Shown here: one piece after another, positions 26,600 to 39,919 of the stretch
How the letters are laid out: each line of letters opens with the position of its first letter
Numbering within the stretch: position 1 is the stretch's first letter
Assembly: GCA_964016885.1 (NCBI GenBank)
Contig: OZ024741.1
Location: 117,800,001 to 117,864,000, forward strand
DNA: 64,000 bases
From: Eledone cirrhosa
Lineage: Eukaryota
Direction of reading: 5' to 3'
Notes under the pieces: generated by a model
What the model was told of the DNA's origin: nothing
The model's input: only the letters and a program-made list of their open reading frames with translations
The model's database searches: none
Made by a program: the position numbers and the translations under genes

Positions 26600-28225
26600 A
26601 CTGCGGCTATCGGCGGTTCAACTCAAGCAGGAAAAGAAAAGAAAAGGCATTTGATACGGCCAACTGGGAAGCGTTCTGGGTTGTTTTGGGAAAGCTGGGC
26701 TGTCCCCAACACTTCATCAACTTGATCAAGTCCTTCCATGATGACATGAAGGCTTCTGTTAATGTTGGAGGCATTATGTCTGAACCAGTAAAAGTAAAGA
26801 ACGGCGTTAAACACGGAGACCTGGTTACACTAACTTTGTTTTCCATCTTTTTCTCTATTGTTCTTAATGATGACTTCAAGAACCTTAACCAAGGTGTGTA
26901 TGTGCGATATCGCAGTATAGGCAAGCTTTTTAACCTACGCCGCTTTGCAGCTAAATCAAGTCTTTCTAATTCTTCTCCGCTATCTCTTCTACGCTGATTG
27001 ATGACTGCGACATGGTCTCGTGCACTTACACTGATAATCAGAGTTTCATAGAAAGGTTGACCCAGTCGTGTAAGGCCTTCGGTCTAATAATCAGTCTGGA
27101 TAAAACAGTTGTCATGTTTCAACCAGCACCAGGCCAGTCAATGTGGAACCTTCCATTTACGTCGATGGGAAACAGCCGAAGGTTGTTGACAAATTTACTT
27201 ACCTGGGTAGTTCGCTAAACCGTCACTGCTCCCCCGATGATGAAATATCTCCCCGACTAAAGAAAGCCACTAACGCCTTTTCTGCTCTTCAAAACCGTGT
27301 GTGGTCTCAGAAACGCTAGATATTTATAATGCCTGTGTTCTTACAAGCCTTCTTTACTCTTGTGAGACCTGGGTGGTTTAGAGGAAACATTTAAAATTAA
27401 TGGAGCACTTCCACATAAGCTGCCTAAGATCAAACTTGGGCAGCCACTGGTCCTCGCATACTCGATACACAGAGGTACTGAAACAAGCTGATACACTCAG
27501 TATAGAAGATTTTATACAAAGGCACCGCCTTCGCTGGGCAGGATATCTGATACGGCTGGATGATAGCCGTATCTTCAAACAGATGCTTTACGGAGAGCTG
27601 ACTGAAGGAAAAAGGCCTCAGCAAAAACCCAAGAAGCGTTTCAAGGGCTGTGCAAAAGACTCATTGTTGCAACTTGATATCGGCCGTCACAACAGGGGAG
27701 TGGAGGCTGGTGACAGAAACAAGTGGAGAAGAAAAATATATGAAGGATATCGATCACTCCATGTAAAGAAAACGGCTGGGCAAAGACCAAAAGAGCTTCC
27801 CCCAAGAGAAAGAAAGTAGACCCAACGGTTCCTCAGTTTGTTTGCCATGAGTATGGCTGAATATGCCTATCAAACGCAGGACTCCAAAACTACCTCAGGA
27901 GTCACATAGACAATCCGCTAACAGAGTATGGCAAGTTCATTGTTGCAGACACACTTACTTGTGATGTATGCGGCAAAATCTGCAAGAGCTGCTCTGGACT
28001 CACAAGACACTTAAACCCCACAAGGGTCTTCCAATTGAGAGACCTAACCATTAGGTTGTAAATATAGATTCGGGTTTAGTGTGTAGACTTTGTGGCAAAC
28101 TTTGTAAGTCTCACGCCGGCTTCAAAAGTCATTGCCGATCTTATGTTTGTAAGAGCAACCAACTGTGAGTCAATCTGTCAGCGATGGTCGTGTTCGTCTG
28201 ACGAGCGGACAGCCATCATATATGT
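26600..28225 (+). mobile_element. RTE/BovB-like LINE RT and 3' part, with several C-terminal C2H2-like fingers; probable 5' UTR at ~26080-26600
   Basis: EKAFDT, GCPQHFINLIKSFH, NGVKHGD, GKLFNLRR, RLRWAGY, KQMLYGEL; CDVCGKICKSCSGLTRH; gcggacagccatcat(at) tail. Confidence 0.88.
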
Positions 28226-28429
28226 ATATAAAAAGTGCAAGGGCGCAGTAACCCAGGAAAATCAACGGCCATCCAATAAAGATTTTGTTTCTTTTTTTTT
28301 TTTTAGCGAGAGACTCATAGACTTCATTAAGAGATCTCTTTAGAAGAAGGTCACTCTGATATAAAACCTGCGACTTCGTTCGCAACCAATGATGCAGATC
28401 AGTTCTACTTTTTGGGTAAATGCATTCGA

Positions 28430-28640
28430 TGTTCAGAGAGTGGGATTGGCCCCGGCGAAGCTTTTCCTCACTTAAAAAAGCTTCTAGCACAGGTATCGCT
28501 TGATATGTGACATTTTTTGCGATGCATGGTATTGCTGGCTATAGGCAAGTCCTTGGCAGGACTAAAAAGCCACGTCCGTAATGCTCCTGCTTAAATATCA
28601 AGCGATGGCATTATTCGAAATCGAGTTACTGCCATCATGT
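28430..28640 (+). mobile_element. Second RTE 3' end fragment
   Basis: KSLAGLKSHVR, followed by a gttactgccatcat tail. Confidence 0.5.
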
Positions 28641-29064
28641 ATATGAGTAGGTAGGTAGGTAGGTAGGTAGGTAGGTAGGTAGGTAGATAATTTTTAATTA
28701 ACTCCAATCGATCGTCTGACCGACTGCGATGTACCGGCTGTGACTATCCCCCTTTTTTGAGAATAACATTCAACAATGTGTCATTATTCTCCATTAGAAG
28801 TGAAAGATGTGAGTTTATGGAGATTTGGTTGCTATTTTTAGCAGTACATGTGTCCACATAGACGTCGTGGTTTGACAAAAGAGGAAACAAAACAGCAGAG
28901 ATAGAGACAAAAAGATCAATTTGGTTATCTTGTCCTTATAACACAAGATGTTATAGGGACATAAGGAGACAGTGTGAAAGAACTGGAGCGAGAGAATAAG
29001 AAAATTGCCAACAGACGGACGAAGTAAAAGGAGCGAAGTATATAATATATATTATTATTATTTC

Positions 29065-29315
29065 GGTGAATCTGAGTTCAAATCCCGCTGAGGTTAACTT
29101 TGCCTTTCATCCTTACGGGGTCGATAAAATAAAGTACCAGTAATGCACTGGGATAATTTCTGGCCTTGTGCCAAAAGTAGAAACAATTATTATTATTATT
29201 CAAATCCCGCCGAGGTTAACTTTGCCTTTTATCCTTGCGGGGTCGATAAAATAAAGCAGCGGTAATGTACTGGATAATTGCTGGCCTTGTTCCAAAAGTA
29301 GAAACAATTATTATT
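29065..29315 (+). mobile_element. Two tandem 5'-truncated SINE copies
   Basis: The B box-core-tail block is repeated twice. Confidence 0.85.
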
Positions 29316-29439
29316 ATTAACACTACATTTTAAGGATATCGACTATGGTAAAGTACCTAATGTAGAATCCCACATCGGTAGCTGGACCCAAATATTAGCA
29401 TTGAGAGCTGAAGCTAGTGAACAATCATTAACTAATCTA

Positions 29440-30045
29440 AGTAAGTATACGTACATACATATATGTATACAGATGTACAGTAGTATGTATATACATACAT
29501 ACATGCACATATATATATATATACGTATGGGTTTACCGAACATTTATTATAATGTTCGGTTTGTTTGTAAACAAACAGCCCGTATTAAGCCGTACAGTGT
29601 TTGACAACCATCGTTGCCCTTTTGTTCAACACTGACAAATGAACGATGAATTAGTTTTTAGCTTATTAGCTGTCATCAGCACCGTATACCTTCCTGTCAG
29701 TCGATTAAACGTTTGAAAGTATATACTTTCCTTATGCATACTAACGGCTGAGCAGCCTAATTTGCATATCGAGTGAGTTAGTCGGCCGGACGTACCGAAA
29801 AGGATAAATGGAAAAAATGAAATTTCATTTCTTACTCTTAGTACGGCTGATACTTAAATACAAGTATGTATACGTACATACATATATGTATACAGACGTA
29901 CAGTAGTATGTATATATATATATACATACATGCACACATATATATATATGTACGTATGGGTTTACCGAACATTTATTGTAATGTTCGGTTTGTTTGTAAA
30001 CAAAATATATACTTTCAAACGTTCAATCGACTGACAGGAAGGTAA
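29440..30045. mobile_element. Non-coding element: ~425-bp unit in ~1.3 tandem copies plus an inverted end; carries a decayed hammerhead at 29643-29685 (-)
   Basis: 29440-29575 is repeated at 29865-30005; 30006-30043 inverts 29686-29724; homologous to 55312-56025. Confidence 0.8.
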
Positions 30046-30266
30046 CTAATCATTACACACAAATACAATATATTATACTCATATGGAAAAGGAGAGAGAG
30101 AGAGATATACGTGTGTGAGAAGGCATATGTGTGTGTTAAAGAAACACCGGACAGACACACAAACACAGAGAAAGAGAAAATGTGAGATGTGTATGTTAGA
30201 GAGAGAGAAAAAAAGTCCTTATGTGAAGCGAAGCAGTTGTAAAATCCATCAGTTATATTTTCCAAC

Positions 30267-30556
30267 ATGTCAGTAGTTATAGCAAATATGGAAGATGAAG
30301 TACCGGAATGTGATGCAGACGAAGAAGAAGTTGGTAATAGTAAAAGTAGAGCTGAAGAACAAATAGAAGATGGCGAAGACAGAGCTAGTGGAGGAAGAAA
30401 TGAAAATAAAGAACTAAAGCTGTGTTCGAATCATAATTGTGCCGGCGATGACGCTGATAACGATGCTAGCAATGATGCAATGAATGTCGACCCAAAATGT
30501 TTTGGTCGACGATGTGGCTTTGCCGATCTTTCATACTTAACGACCTGCCGACAAAG
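30267..30556 (+). CDS. Candidate first coding exon (acidic, low-complexity), possibly of the SLC16-like gene
   Basis: caacATG start; 96 open codons in non-repeat DNA; ends at AAG|GTAAAT (phase 2), in frame with acceptor cag|GATG at 43330. Confidence 0.35.
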
Positions 30557-31764
30557 GTAAATATATAAGTATGCACCTATATAATATAATATAATATAAA
30601 AAAAATATAATTGTTTCTACTTTTGGCACAAGGCCAACAATTACCCAGTGCATTACAGGTAATATAATTGTTTCTACTTTTGAATATAATATAATATAAT
30701 ATGATATAATATGATATGATATGATATAATATAATATAATATAGTATATCAAATAAATGGGTATTTATTACCCAGCAATTTACCAGTGCATTACTGGTAA
30801 TATAATATAATATGATATAATATAATATAATATAATATAATATATTATAATATAATATAATATAATATATCAAATAAATGGGTAGTTTTGACACCTTATA
30901 GTACAGTACGTGTTGATTACTGACACTTGGAAGTGATTAAAGATAGAAATGATATTTAAAAAATTTATTTCTAGGATATAATTAAATGAATTTCGTTTGA
31001 GCGTAGAGTTTTAATCCACCCCTACACGCAAATTTATTTTATATCCATAATCTGATTTTACAACTCCCCATAATTTTATCTATTTAAATATGTTTGCATT
31101 TCTAATGAAAGCGAAAATGACCTATTAAAAACAATTATTACGAGAAAATAAATCAGATAATTAACCTAGAACGTCGAATATAGAATACTTTATGATAGGT
31201 ATTCGTCCCGGCGCTCTGCACTCAGCAGAGATTAACATTTGTTTTTCATACTTTCGAGGTCGATAAATAAAATACCAGTCGAATACTGCGTCTATTCTCT
31301 CTCTCGTTATTATTTTCGTTTCCTTTCTTTCTCTCATTTTCCTCTTTTCCCTTTAAATTTCTTCTTTCTTTCATACCTATCTAGATACTTACCGCTCTAT
31401 ATTTTCCTTGTCTTCTCTCTCTCTCTCTCTCTCGTAAAGGGATAAACTCCACGCCGTAAGGTCACGATGGCGTCCCTACGACTTCATCAAAAGTTCAGTG
31501 CACATAGATAGAATTATACACGCTAAAAGTAACCTTTTTCGTTTCGGTAATTCTAGAAAACCAAGCTATTTGTTTACATTCATACATTATAGTTAGTTTT
31601 ATAATTAACTAAAGTGCAAGGCACAATTCTCCACGTCTAGTTATATATATATAAAATGACTGATACACTTAAAACACTTAGAGCTAATTAGCTCTATCTT
31701 TTACATAGAGCGCTTTTTTCTTGTCTCTTGCTTCATACTTTATATATATAAATATATATAAATA

Positions 31765-31810
<46 letters not shown>

Positions 31811-32213
31811 TATTATTATTCGAAGTTAGCTTTGCCTTTCATCCTTACGGGGTCGATAACATAAAGTACCAATCACGCACTAAGGTCGATTTAATCGACT
31901 TGCCCCTACCCAAAAAATTGTTGGCTTTGTGCCTAAATCAAAAACAATTATTATTACTATTAATACACTGACACACGTATATGTATATACAACACTGTTT
32001 TTTTCATCTAAGATATTCGTATATTTTTCTTCTTTTCTTTTAATCGCTCAATCAAGAGGGAGCGCACTACGCATAATCCCTTTTTTCAAAGGACTCCGCC
32101 AAAAACTGGTAATGGGGAGACCGGAAACCTGTGTCTAATGTTTGGACTATACTATGACATCCAAGGGCCAGGTGGTTAATTTATTATATCGTGAAATACA
32201 TAATGTAGTAGTG

Positions 32214-32255
<42 letters not shown>

Positions 32256-32279
32256 ATAGTAGTAGTAGTAGTCCGACGT

Positions 32280-33080
32280 CATCCCTAATTCGGCAGACAC
32301 GCGATCAAAATCGTTCCTGCCATGACCATACCATATTCGTTGTGTTACTACATTTGTCTCTGTGCAGGAAGGTGTTCATAATAGGGAGTCCATTGCTTGA
32401 ACAGAAATCTATCTAGTAAGGCCTCTCCATTCGTATTTAGATTGGGGTTGCCATTCCTTCCAATCACTCCTTTCCATGACAGGTGGTCAGTGCCAACATA
32501 TGCATTAATCATATCCATCAGGATATATGTCTCAGTCTTAACTACATCTAATACTGCAGTGACTTCATCAAGGTAGAATCTGTATTCGGACTCCTTGTTT
32601 GGTGCATAAACTTGCACCACCCACAAAGACCTATCTTTCAACCTAATCTTCCGGAGGCAAATCCTCCTTCCTAATGGGATCCAGTCCATAACACATCCTG
32701 ACAGCCGGGGTCTTGTGAGTACCCACCCCCACTCACACCTGTGCAATCATTTCTGGCACCACACCTGAATAGTGGAGTTTCCATCCTCCATCCAAATCTA
32801 CAGTGACAGAGCCACGGATCTTTGTTGAGTAAACCACAACTATATCTAGCCTCTTCCACAAGTTCCTGCTCCTTACCTGTAAGTGTTGTGATGTTCTAGG
32901 TTCCAACTGTTAGGGTTTTCTCCCTTCCAGATCCTCTTTGGGGTCTCAGGATACGCAATCTTTGTGCATACAAACCATGCCTCCCCAGTAGCCAGCCAAT
33001 CGCTAGTTTTGTTACATGGAATGGAGACTGCAATATATTTTTTGAACAGGCCCCTCTACCTAAGGCCTGAATGCGTCCCT
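32280..33080 (-). mobile_element. RTE LINE 5'/endonuclease fragment (same family as 2505-3100)
   Basis: VVQVYAPNKESEYRF..ILMDMINAYVGTDHL. Confidence 0.85.
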
Positions 33081-33084
33081 TGTT

Positions 33085-34110
33085 TACCTGCGTGAAGGAC
33101 TTTCACTCGATAGGTTTGATACTGAGTGCTGCATCGCTGAAATGAAAATCAGTGCTGCAAAAACTGAAACGCCCAACCTCTCAAGGAAGCCTGCACAGTT
33201 CACTCTACATGTAAATGGAGTTCCACTGAAGCAGTTGGAGAAGTTCAAGTATCTCAGGGCCCTGTTCACGGGTGATGGAAGGCAGGAAGCTGAATTAAGT
33301 GCAAGAATTACAGGAGCTGGTGCAGTAATGCACCAGCTTCAGTAATCAGAAGAGAGGTAGGCATCAAAGCCAAACTTGTTATCTTCAATTCGGTGTTTGT
33401 GCCAACCCTTACCTATGGTCATGAATCTTGGGTAAAGACCGAAAGAATACGATTGCGAATACAAGCGGCCAAAATGGGATTCCTCCAAAGGGTCTTTGCA
33501 GTAATGTTACTCAATGGAGTGCATAGTTCAGAGATCAGAAAGTCACTCCAGGTATAGCTGCTGCTTCTCTGAATTGAGAGATCACAGCTACAATACTATG
33601 GGCAGGAAAGAATCTCTGGACAGATATTACGGGCAAAACCAACCGACAGCAGATCCAGTGGTAAACCCCAAGCAAGATGCTTGGGTAACATCCATTAGCT
33701 TGGCTAGTCTCGCTTGGGGATCCAGCCAGATCAGTCGAAAATGGCCAAAATGGGTTTTCTCCGAAGGATCTTTGGAGTAATGTTATTTGATAGAGTGCAT
33801 AGCTCGAAGTTCAGAAAGTCACTCGAGGTAAAGTCACTATTTCTCTGAATTGAGAGATCACAGCACCGATACTATGGGCATGTGGTTAGAATGTCTCAGG
33901 AAAGAAACGCTGGACAGATTTTACGGGCAAAACCAATCAGCAGGAGACCGAGGGGTAGGCCCCAAGCAAGATGGTTGGATAACATCCATGATCTTGGCTT
34001 GTATCACTTGGGGATCCAGCCAGATCAGTTGGAGACGGTTGCTTCTGACAGGACCCACTGGAGGGAGTGTTTGAGGAGTCTTCCTCCACGACCCTCTTAG
34101 GAATAAGTGG
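33085..34110 (+). mobile_element. RTE LINE 3' fragment with internal tandem duplication (same family as 1130-2500)
   Basis: MKISAAKTE..EKFKYL; PTLTYGHESW; RPRGRPQARWLD; 33474-33745 is duplicated at 33745-34030. Confidence 0.88.
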
Positions 34111-34861
34111 GAGAAGAAGAATGCTACTACATTTTCCAAAGGGCATAGTTACAATTTTATCCCACCATTATCATCTTAAATTTAGTTCCTCGTAACTGCT
34201 TATTTTTTACATACTTTTATAACCATAGATTACTCATGAAAAAATTGAATTTTTAAAACTATTTTTTGGTTGTTCCAATGCCTTAACCTTGCTATTACTT
34301 GTGGCAATGCTGTCAATATTATGGCTTGTCCCAAAAAGTATTAGAGAGAAGTTTCGGCTCCCCTTGTGGTGTGTGACTGATTGACACACATTACTTAATG
34401 TTGAATGAATAAGTGAGTGAAGAAGATGTGAAATATGTAATTAAGTATTGTATATATTATTTATGTATATTTTCATTCTGTAAGAATTAGAAATAATTTG
34501 TTGATGAGATAAATGTTGATGAAGCGAAAATTTCTTTTATTTTTAGATAATTTTTTTAGATCAAATTTAAGTGGTCAGTTGTGACATGGATACTAATTTA
34601 CACTACAATCCAAAGTATCGTATCAATAAATAGAAGCCTAAATAGACACTAAATGAATAATATATATATATGAAATAGCTTGTTTGTTTGTCAGTTTGTC
34701 TCCAATGCACTTAACAACCAGTGGGCCAATCATGTTCAAAGTTGGCTTGTGAGTTTCTTAAACTTGGGAATAGGTCATCCTCATAATCAGCCTATGAACT
34801 ATTCAGCCTACCCACATGTGTATGTGTATATATATATGTATATATATATATATATATATAG

Positions 34862-35090
34862 GGTAGAGACCCCCTTCAGTCACATGTAACCATTGGATTT
34901 GCACCTAGATAATTCCCCTCCGAGTCAAAAGTCAGGGATGTTTGTTTGTGGAAGACCAGCAGTTGCCCATGTATACCGGTCTTCCCTCTCCATGCCATCG
35001 AGGTTGTCCAAGGGAAAGGCAATGGCTGATACAGCTCTCTCTCCTGCATGAAAGGAGGTACAACTAAAACAAGTGAGTGACATGCGTTCA
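34862..35090 (-). mobile_element. Fragment of a second SINE-like family
   Basis: tggaagaccagcagttgcccat is shared with 41750-41860; family and orientation assigned from recall. Confidence 0.5.
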
Positions 35091-35949
35091 ATCAACATAA
35101 AGCAACAACACACACCTGCTTTAATATCAAAATCTGCTCCCCTCTATTGTCCGTAGCACATTTTGTCATGCATTCTTTATATCTCTGTTGTGTGTGAATA
35201 TATGTCATATCTACTTAGTATTTAGACCGTGAGCAAAAAGACCTCCATACAGTTTGAGGGCATTGTATTTGTATTTTAACGCACACTAAGGGAAGAAACT
35301 CTGAGTAAGTCATGTTTGTTGTTGGCGGTGGCTGTGACATTGTTGATGTCTCATCATTACCATGACTACCAATGTTATTTTTCCAAACTCAAGAAAGTTT
35401 CTAAATATAAGTTTGAAAGCAGAGGCTACGGAGCGGAGTTCCTTTAAGATCCTGTCAACAAAATCTCCATGCAGCTTAATTGACCTGGATGTAGCCCGGC
35501 TCTTATAGAGTGTAAGAAGTTAAGGGCCGAAACACTTGTGTGAGGGAGGATTTCTTTTCTGAAGACCTTCTGTTGTCCAGCTCTCCTGAGAGTTTCATAC
35601 CACTATTTTCTTCATTACTTTCCCATGTGTGTGTATATATGCCATAATTTTTTATATAACTCCATGTGTATACGTGTGTGCATCTACCTCTCATTAAATC
35701 TTGGGTTCTTTATTTGATTTATGGAAACACTACTAAAAATAACGTGAAATCTGTAATATTTTTTGCATATTCTTTTCTGTTAGTTTCTGTTAGTTTGAAG
35801 GTTAATGCAGTGAATCCTCATTCAACAAAATTTAACTTGACTTAAATTATCATTAACAGAAAAAATGTTAAGTTTTTGATAAATAATAGTGGCATTTGAA
35901 GCTACAAGCACGAAAAAATGCCATTGAAGAATAGACATCTACAAAGGGA

Positions 35950-36910
35950 GAATGAGTGAAAAGCAGCGACAAAACAATGAAAAACAGTGAAATATAGGCA
36001 AAAGGAATCAGAAGATCAAAGGTAAAAAAAGCTTGCTGATGATAGGACAAGGAAAGCAACTATTCATCAAGAGGAATTAGGTGTATGAAACTACAGCACA
36101 AAACAGAGGGGATGGATCAGATGCACACAGATCATCAAGACTTCAACAACAAAGAATAAGAAGTGCACAGAATAGAAGGATGATGAATCAGAGAAACAAA
36201 GATTAAAAAAGTCTCACTGAAGATAGGGCAATGAAAGCTACTATTTGTCAAGAAGAATCAGATGTGCGAAAATCATTAAGACAGCAAATGGAGAGAAATA
36301 GAACAGTTCACAGGCGGTATGAAGAAACTGAAGCTCAAACAACTCAAAGGCAATGTGAACAGAGAGCAAGAACAGAAGATTTGCAATTTTAAAATATTAC
36401 TCAGTGGAACTTTGCTGCCTTTAGTTACAATCCACATCAAGACTATGCCTCAGAACCTTTAATTCAAATTTCCTCAATGAACAAAATTTATCTAAATTGT
36501 GATGCTAAAAAATGGAATGGTGATTCAACTGGACTGTGCTGTTTAAATGGAAAGATTAAGTTTAGACTATTACCTGAACCACCAAAACCCTTAAGGGAAC
36601 TGCTGATTGGTACAACTACTGAATCAAGACACTTTCTTCAAAATATCCAGAGGTACAATAATGCATTCCTTATGACATCATTTGGTGCAAATATCATCCA
36701 TGAAGGTGCCTTTATACCCACCTTCAAGATCCAAGGGCAAGTGTACCACAGAATTGGACCACTTCAGCCACTCTCAGAAGAAGAACCATAATATTTACAA
36801 CTGTATTTTATCAGTGATATTAAAACCCAGCACATACAAGATATGAAAGGAATAAAGAAACTAAGTATGAAATTGTATTGCAACTAAAAAATATGTTACA
36901 CAGAAGTTTT
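35950..36910 (+). mobile_element. Helitron Rep/helicase N-terminal fragment
   Basis: CDAKKW..CCLNGKI..P..L..F..NIQRYNNAFLMTSFG..FKIQGQVYHRIG..YLQLYF, preceded by an R/E/Q-rich repeat region. Confidence 0.88.
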
Positions 36911-38009
36911 AAATATACCCTAGAAAACGTTTCTGCAAGTAATAAAATTTAAAAAAACAAATTTTTCCAGTGCCTTAAGCCTTGCTATCACCTGCAGTAA
37001 TGCTACAAGTGTGTTGGTTTTCCTCGAAAAGTATTAGAATGAGGCTCTGATACCACTTAAGGAGTATAACCGTTTGACACACTTAGTGTTGACTTAATAT
37101 TATCTTTTGTTTTGATTCTATATTTTCATATGAAATGTTTATGTAATTAAGTAATAGCTATGGCATTTTTGTTTGTAATTGGCATATTTATTTGGTAAAA
37201 AATGTGAACTTTGCTATTATGTAATTTCATGTATTCTCTGGTCTGAGATAATCATGCCATGATAAAATGCACCCAGTACATTCTGCAAATGGATAATGTT
37301 GGTGCCATGATAAAATTCACCCAGTACACTACGTAAAGTGGTAGTGCTGGTGCCATTTCAAAATGCACCCAGTACAGTCCATAAAGGGATAATGCTGGTG
37401 TCATAATAAAATACACTCAGTACACTTTGTAAAGTGATAATGTTGGTGCCGTGACAAAATGCATCTAAGACACACTTTAAAGGAGTAATGCTGGTACCAT
37501 GATAAAATGCGTACAAAATACTGGTGTCGTGAAGAAGAAGAAGAAGGAGAAAGAGGAGGAGACTTTAATTACCATATATTTAATTAAAGTCATTGCCAGT
37601 GTTTTCAAGTAGATTTGAAAATAAATATAAGCATAAACACTTTAAGATAAACAAATTGATATCAAAAAAGCATAAGAGATTACATATTTAATGAAATGGT
37701 CTTCCATTGGTTTTGACGATGAGTGTTCCAGTTGTTTGAGCAATGTTACAGTCTGATCATGAAATTAACATGTAAATAGTTGAGCATTCCACAGACACGT
37801 CAACCTTTAATGTAATTCTCAGGGAGATTCAGCATGACAGTGTGAAATATGGCTGGCTCTTTCAATTTCACTCAAAAAGAGCCTAGGCTATATGGTATAT
37901 GGCACTTACCTTAGATGTCCCATGGTGGGATCAAACCTGAAAGTTAATGATTGCAAAGCAAACTTTTTTATACCATTCAAATTGGATTCTGAGGAAAATT
38001 AGAGAAATA

Positions 38010-38440
38010 TCCACCCCGTCCTATCCCACAACAACTAAGATATACATGTCATGCAGAAATAAATAATGCCCCCTCCCCAACAATTAAGATACATGTCACA
38101 CACAAATAAATACCCCCTCCCCCACAATTAAGGTACCTATGTCACACACAAATAAATACCCCCTGACCCCACAATTAAGGTATCTATGTCACACAAATAA
38201 ATAACCCCTGACCCCAGCTATTAAGATTCATGTCCTACACAAATAAATACCCACTGACCCCACAATTAAGGTACCTATGTCACACAAATAAATACCCCCT
38301 CCCTCACAATTAAGGTACCTATGTCATACACAAATAAATACCCACTGACCCCCCAAAACAATTAAGATACCTATGTCACATAAATAAATACTGCCCTCAC
38401 CGCCACCCCAAGCCCCAACAATTAAGATACATGTCACAAA
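38010..38440. repeat. Minisatellite, ~45-bp unit, about 9-10 copies
   Basis: cccacaattaaggtacctatgtcacacacaaataaatacccc repeats. Confidence 0.92.
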
Positions 38441-39731
38441 CATTAGTTAGCTAGCTATTGAATATTCCATGCATTATCTGTAACCTGTATTTATCCCAGA
38501 GTTTTAACCCTTTAATGTTCAAACCGGCCAAAACCGGCCAGAATTCTCTACCTTTTTCTGTTGAAACTGGCTGTAACTGGTCACTCAAACTGATGTTAAG
38601 GTATTGTTCTCAAAATAAATACTTTCAAAATCTCATAGATTCGATATTATGTGAGACATGTGAGGTAAAGCCTTTACTATGAAAATATAGAGTAATGCGA
38701 ATGTGGCTGATGAAAGTCAAAAAAGGTGGCAAATTGGCAGAATCGTTACATCATCAGATAGAATGCTTTGTGATATTTGTTTCAACTTTCTGCTCTCTGA
38801 GTCCAAATCCCGCCATGGTCAACTTTGTCTTTCATCCATCCAACTAAAAAGTACCAATCTAGTACTGGAGGTCAATTCTTCTTCTATATCTCTTTCTCTC
38901 TTCCTCTCTCTCTCTCTCTCTCTATCCTTCTCTGGAAGAAATCTGCTGTATTCAGATCTGGAAAGGAGATGGGCTCTGGCTGATTTTAAAATGCTCTAGA
39001 AACACTGTATGTCAATCCAGTGCTCCTACAACTCCCCCGGGAGATACAGGACCATGCATGCATAAAGGTCACTTAGTAGAAATAGGTATATATCATGGTA
39101 AAAATACGTATATACCATAGTTGAAATAGGTATATATTATAGTTGAAATAGGTATATATTATAGTTGAAATAGGTATTTCATACCATATAATAAACATAA
39201 GTTATAAAGGCCATACAAACTGGGACAGCGGTTAAGAAGCTATTAACCACCTAAGCCAAAAAAACTAGCAAGCTAAGCAGGTAAAACAAAATATGATATG
39301 AACATATATGTGTGTGTGTGTGTTTTTATCCTTATCACCATTTAACGTCAATTTTCCATGTTTACACTGGTTGTCATGTTCTAAGGCTATACCAGTCAGG
39401 TGACCATGTCCTGTCTATATGCTCCATTTTGACATAGTTTTTACAGCTGGATGCCTTTCCTAACACCAACCACTTTACAGCATTTTATCATGACTCTAGT
39501 ACTACCATTTTACTGGGTGGACTTGGTGCTTTTTATTGTAACACCAGCACTACCACCTAACAATGCTTTTCATCATGGCATCAGGATAGACTGAGTGCTT
39601 TTTATCATAGCACCAGGTTTTTTATATCATGGTACCCAGTTGACTGGGTGTGTTTTATCAAGGCATCAATAATACCTCATTATATATTACACAAATATCA
39701 AGAAGTGTATCTCCTAATTGTGCAATCAATA

Positions 39732-39779
<48 letters not shown>

Positions 39780-39919
39780 TTAAAGTCCACTTTCTATGTT
39801 AGCATGGGTTAGATAGGTTGTCCCATTTGAGGCAAGTTGGGTCAAGTGACTGTGTCTTGCTCATATAGAACTGTTTCTAGCTAGATTTCTACAGCTGGAT
39901 GCTCTTCCTAACGCCAACC

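Noticed and set aside
30497-30556. F-box-like LNDLP in an alternative frame
   Set aside because: Only a 20-codon frame, with no compatible downstream exon found.
35480-35550. Hammerhead-like stem plus GAAA (ggctctta..taagggcc-GAAA-cacttgtg)
   Set aside because: No recognisable CUGANGA adjacent to the stem.
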